Below are positions 61,795-64,000 of a stretch of DNA of 64,000 bases, piece after piece. The position numbers and the translations under genes were made by a program. How positions within the stretch are numbered: position 1 is the first letter of the stretch; each line of letters starts with the position of its first letter. The stretch is taken from positions 896,001-960,000 of the forward strand of contig CAXXNF010000001.1 of assembly GCA_963666365.2 (NCBI GenBank). Direction: 5' to 3'. The notes under the pieces were generated by a model. It was not told the DNA's origin, made no database searches, and saw nothing but the letters and a program-made list of their open reading frames with translations. The stretch is from Syntrophales bacterium (GTDB lineage Bacteria; Desulfobacterota; Syntrophia; Syntrophales; UBA2210).

Positions 61795-63387
61795 ATGCAG
61801 CGATGGAACGGCTGGGGTGACGACGCGATCATTATGGACCTGCCTGACGAGGGCGTCGAACTCCTCGAAGCGATTGTGGGACCGGGCGCTCCCCCGAAGG
61901 ATGTGCTTCTTGGGGAATTGCTTGGCTCTATTCCCCAAAAAGGGCTGCCTCATCATCCCCTCATCACCACTGACTCCCAAGAACGGCTCATACATGCTCG
62001 CGGGCAGAGTCTTCCCGACTGGATCGCTCTTCGCTATGGAACACTGAGGCACGTTCCCGACGGGGTGGCCTTTCCAGAAAGCAAAGAAGACCTTCGGGCT
62101 TTGCTCGCCTTTGCCTCGAAACAGAAAATCGCGCTCATCCCCTACGGAGGGGGCACCAGCGTCCTGGGCCATCTCGAAGTCCCGGAATCGAAACGACCCG
62201 TGGTTACGGTCTCGCTCGCCCGGCTCAATCGCATGGTGCACCTGGATGCGGAAAGCCTGCTGGCAACCTTCGAGGCGGGCATTCGAGGACCCGATCTGGA
62301 GGCACACCTCAGGGCACAGGGATTCACCCTGGGACATTATCCCCAGTCCTTTGAATATTCGACCCTGGGCGGCTGGGTGGCTACGCGGGCAAGCGGGCAG
62401 CTTTCATCACACTACGGCAGAATCGACGAAGCCTTCGCAGGGGCTGAACTCCTGACCCCCCGCGGGCCGCTGCTACTCCCCCCCTACCCGGCCTCGGCCG
62501 CGGGACCCGACCTGCGGCAGATTGTTCTGGGATCGGAGGGAAGGCTTGGAATCATTGCCGAAGCCACCGTACAAATATCACCGCTACCTGCGCAGGACGA
62601 CATTTTCGGGGTGTTCTTCCCCTCCTGGGACCGGGCGGTAGAGGCCCTTAAAACACTTACGGCGGCCCGGCTTCCCCTCTCCATGGTGCGGCTCTCCACC
62701 GTCTCTGAAACTCGTACGAATCTGGCCCTCTCGGGTCATGCAAAAACCGTCGCCTTTTTGAAACGCTATCTTCCACTTCGGGGCGTATCGGAGGAAGAAG
62801 GCTGCCTCTGCCTGATAGGATTTATAGGCTCTGCCGGCCTCGTAAAGGCGGCCCGCCGTGAAACCGCTTTGATTATGAAAAAAGTAAAGGCGATCCCCTT
62901 CGGCAAGGCCATGGGCGAGTCATGGAAACGCAATCGCTTTCTCGTTCCCTATCTGAGAAACACGCTCTGGGAAAGGGGATATGCCGTTGATACAATGGAA
63001 ACTGCCGTTACCTGGGGAAGGGTGACTGAAACGATCGAGGCCCTCGAAAAGGGTCTCGCCGGCGCCCTCCTTCCCTTCGACGAAAGGGTGCACGCTTTTT
63101 CACATATTTCAAGCGTCTATCCTACGGGTTCGAATATCTACACCACGGTCCTCTTCAGACTGGGGAAAACGGCGGAAGAAACATTGGCGCGCTGGAAGGC
63201 CCTCAAAAAAACGGCCTCGTCGATCATAATGGAAAAAGGGGGAACCATCAGTCATCAGCATGGAGTGGGGGTGGACCATAAACCCTACATCGCGGCGGAA
63301 AAGGGAAGCCTGGGAATGGACATGATCCGGGAGGTCTGCGCGTCCGTCGATCCGGACGGACTCATGAACCCGACGAAATTATTTTAA
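61795..63387 (+). CDS. FAD-binding oxidoreductase, alkyl-DHAP-synthase-like
   Basis: RWNGWG, PYGGGTSV, GHYPQSFEYSTLGGWVATRASG, GSEGRLG, GGTISHQHGVG. Confidence 0.85.
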   Translation: MQRWNGWGDDAIIMDLPDEGVELLEAIVGPGAPPKDVLLGELLGSIPQKGLPHHPLITTDSQERLIHARGQSLPDWIALRYGTLRHVPDGVAFPESKEDLRALLAFASKQKIALIPYGGGTSVLGHLEVPESKRPVVTVSLARLNRMVHLDAESLLATFEAGIRGPDLEAHLRAQGFTLGHYPQSFEYSTLGGWVATRASGQLSSHYGRIDEAFAGAELLTPRGPLLLPPYPASAAGPDLRQIVLGSEGRLGIIAEATVQISPLPAQDDIFGVFFPSWDRAVEALKTLTAARLPLSMVRLSTVSETRTNLALSGHAKTVAFLKRYLPLRGVSEEEGCLCLIGFIGSAGLVKAARRETALIMKKVKAIPFGKAMGESWKRNRFLVPYLRNTLWERGYAVDTMETAVTWGRVTETIEALEKGLAGALLPFDERVHAFSHISSVYPTGSNIYTTVLFRLGKTAEETLARWKALKKTASSIIMEKGGTISHQHGVGVDHKPYIAAEKGSLGMDMIREVCASVDPDGLMNPTKLF

Positions 63388-63493
63388 AAAACAGGTGTGG
63401 GGCAAAGGGTGCAGGGTGCAAGGTAACGAGTGAAAAGCAGTCTGAAAATAGGCACTCATTCTGATCATTAAATAATGAAGTAATGGCTTCAAA

Positions 63494-64000
63494 ATGGAAG
63501 GGAAAAACCCTCGCACAGGAAAAAATTCAACACCACCATCCGTACTAGGCGGCGTCGGCCTCGATGACATTCCGCGCCGCTGGGATCTGATCGTCATCGG
63601 CGGCGGCATTACCGGTGCGGGCATACTCCGAGAGGCGGCCCGGGCCGGGCTATCGGTGCTTCTTTTAGAACGGGCCGATTTCGCCTGGGGCACGTCGAGC
63701 CGTTCCTCCAAGCTGGTGCACGGAGGTCTCCGGTACCTGAAGGAAGGACGCCTGCTCCTTACAAAGGCCGCCGTTGAAGAGCGTGAACGCCTCCTGGCGG
63801 AGGCGCCGGGCCTGGTCGAACCTCTGGGATTCTTGATGCCGCTCTATAAACATCAGAGCCCCGGCAAGATAATCCTCGGGGCGGGATTGACCCTTTACGA
63901 TTTCATGGCCGTCGAAGCACAGCATCGCTTTTTCGAAAGTGAGGAATTCGCCATGCTGCTCCCACGAATACGAACGCGGGATCTTACGGGAGGATACCGG
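63494..64000 (+). CDS. glpD: FAD-dependent glycerol-3-phosphate dehydrogenase/oxidase, N-terminal part (runs off window)
   Basis: WDLIVIGGGITGAGI, DFAWGTSSRSSKLVHGGLRYL; absent from the ORF track because there is no stop in the window. Confidence 0.85.
   Translation, partial: MEGKNPRTGKNSTPPSVLGGVGLDDIPRRWDLIVIGGGITGAGILREAARAGLSVLLLERADFAWGTSSRSSKLVHGGLRYLKEGRLLLTKAAVEERERLLAEAPGLVEPLGFLMPLYKHQSPGKIILGAGLTLYDFMAVEAQHRFFESEEFAMLLPRIRTRDLTGGYR

Noticed and set aside
63400..63425. Short AGGGTGC/AAGG 7-bp repeats
   Set aside because: Only 2-3 degenerate units; too short to support a functional call

Overview
A 64-kb chromosomal window from an anaerobic bacterium. Gene content (many sigma54 enhancer-binding proteins, CoA-transferase/acyl-CoA enzymes, TRAP transporter, lptE, REP-like intergenic palindromes) suggests Desulfobacterota, possibly Syntrophales; this taxonomy is inference only. 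Housekeeping genes include leuS-lptE, rpsT, hpt, gltX-purD-purH-purE-tsaC, trpB2, rarA, xth, nikR, ugd-uxs, uvrB-uvrC and partial sbcC/glpD at the edges. The most unusual structure is 8650-15985: two near-identical 570-bp direct repeats, each encoding a 154-aa serine-recombinase-fold protein that has lost its catalytic residues. Each copy sits behind the same sigma54-type promoter with two GTATA-N7-TATAC palindromes, and together they bracket a CoA-transferase, an acyl-CoA dehydrogenase and a histidine kinase/sigma54 regulator pair. Other points of interest: a probable sigma54-driven small RNA behind an NtrC-type gene, an unannotated Trp-Trp leader-peptide attenuator before trpB2, and an alpha-glucan cluster with two fusions (GT3 synthase-GT35 phosphorylase; GH57 lacking its nucleophile-GT5). 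That cluster is flanked by a glucosylglycerate-synthase-like gene and a divergent c-di-AMP cyclase/DHH phosphoesterase pair. There is also an archaeal-looking PurD and a 3 x ~201-bp tandem array of REP-like palindromes. No CRISPR, rRNA, tRNA or transposase was recognised. All calls come from reading motifs by eye; no database search was run.
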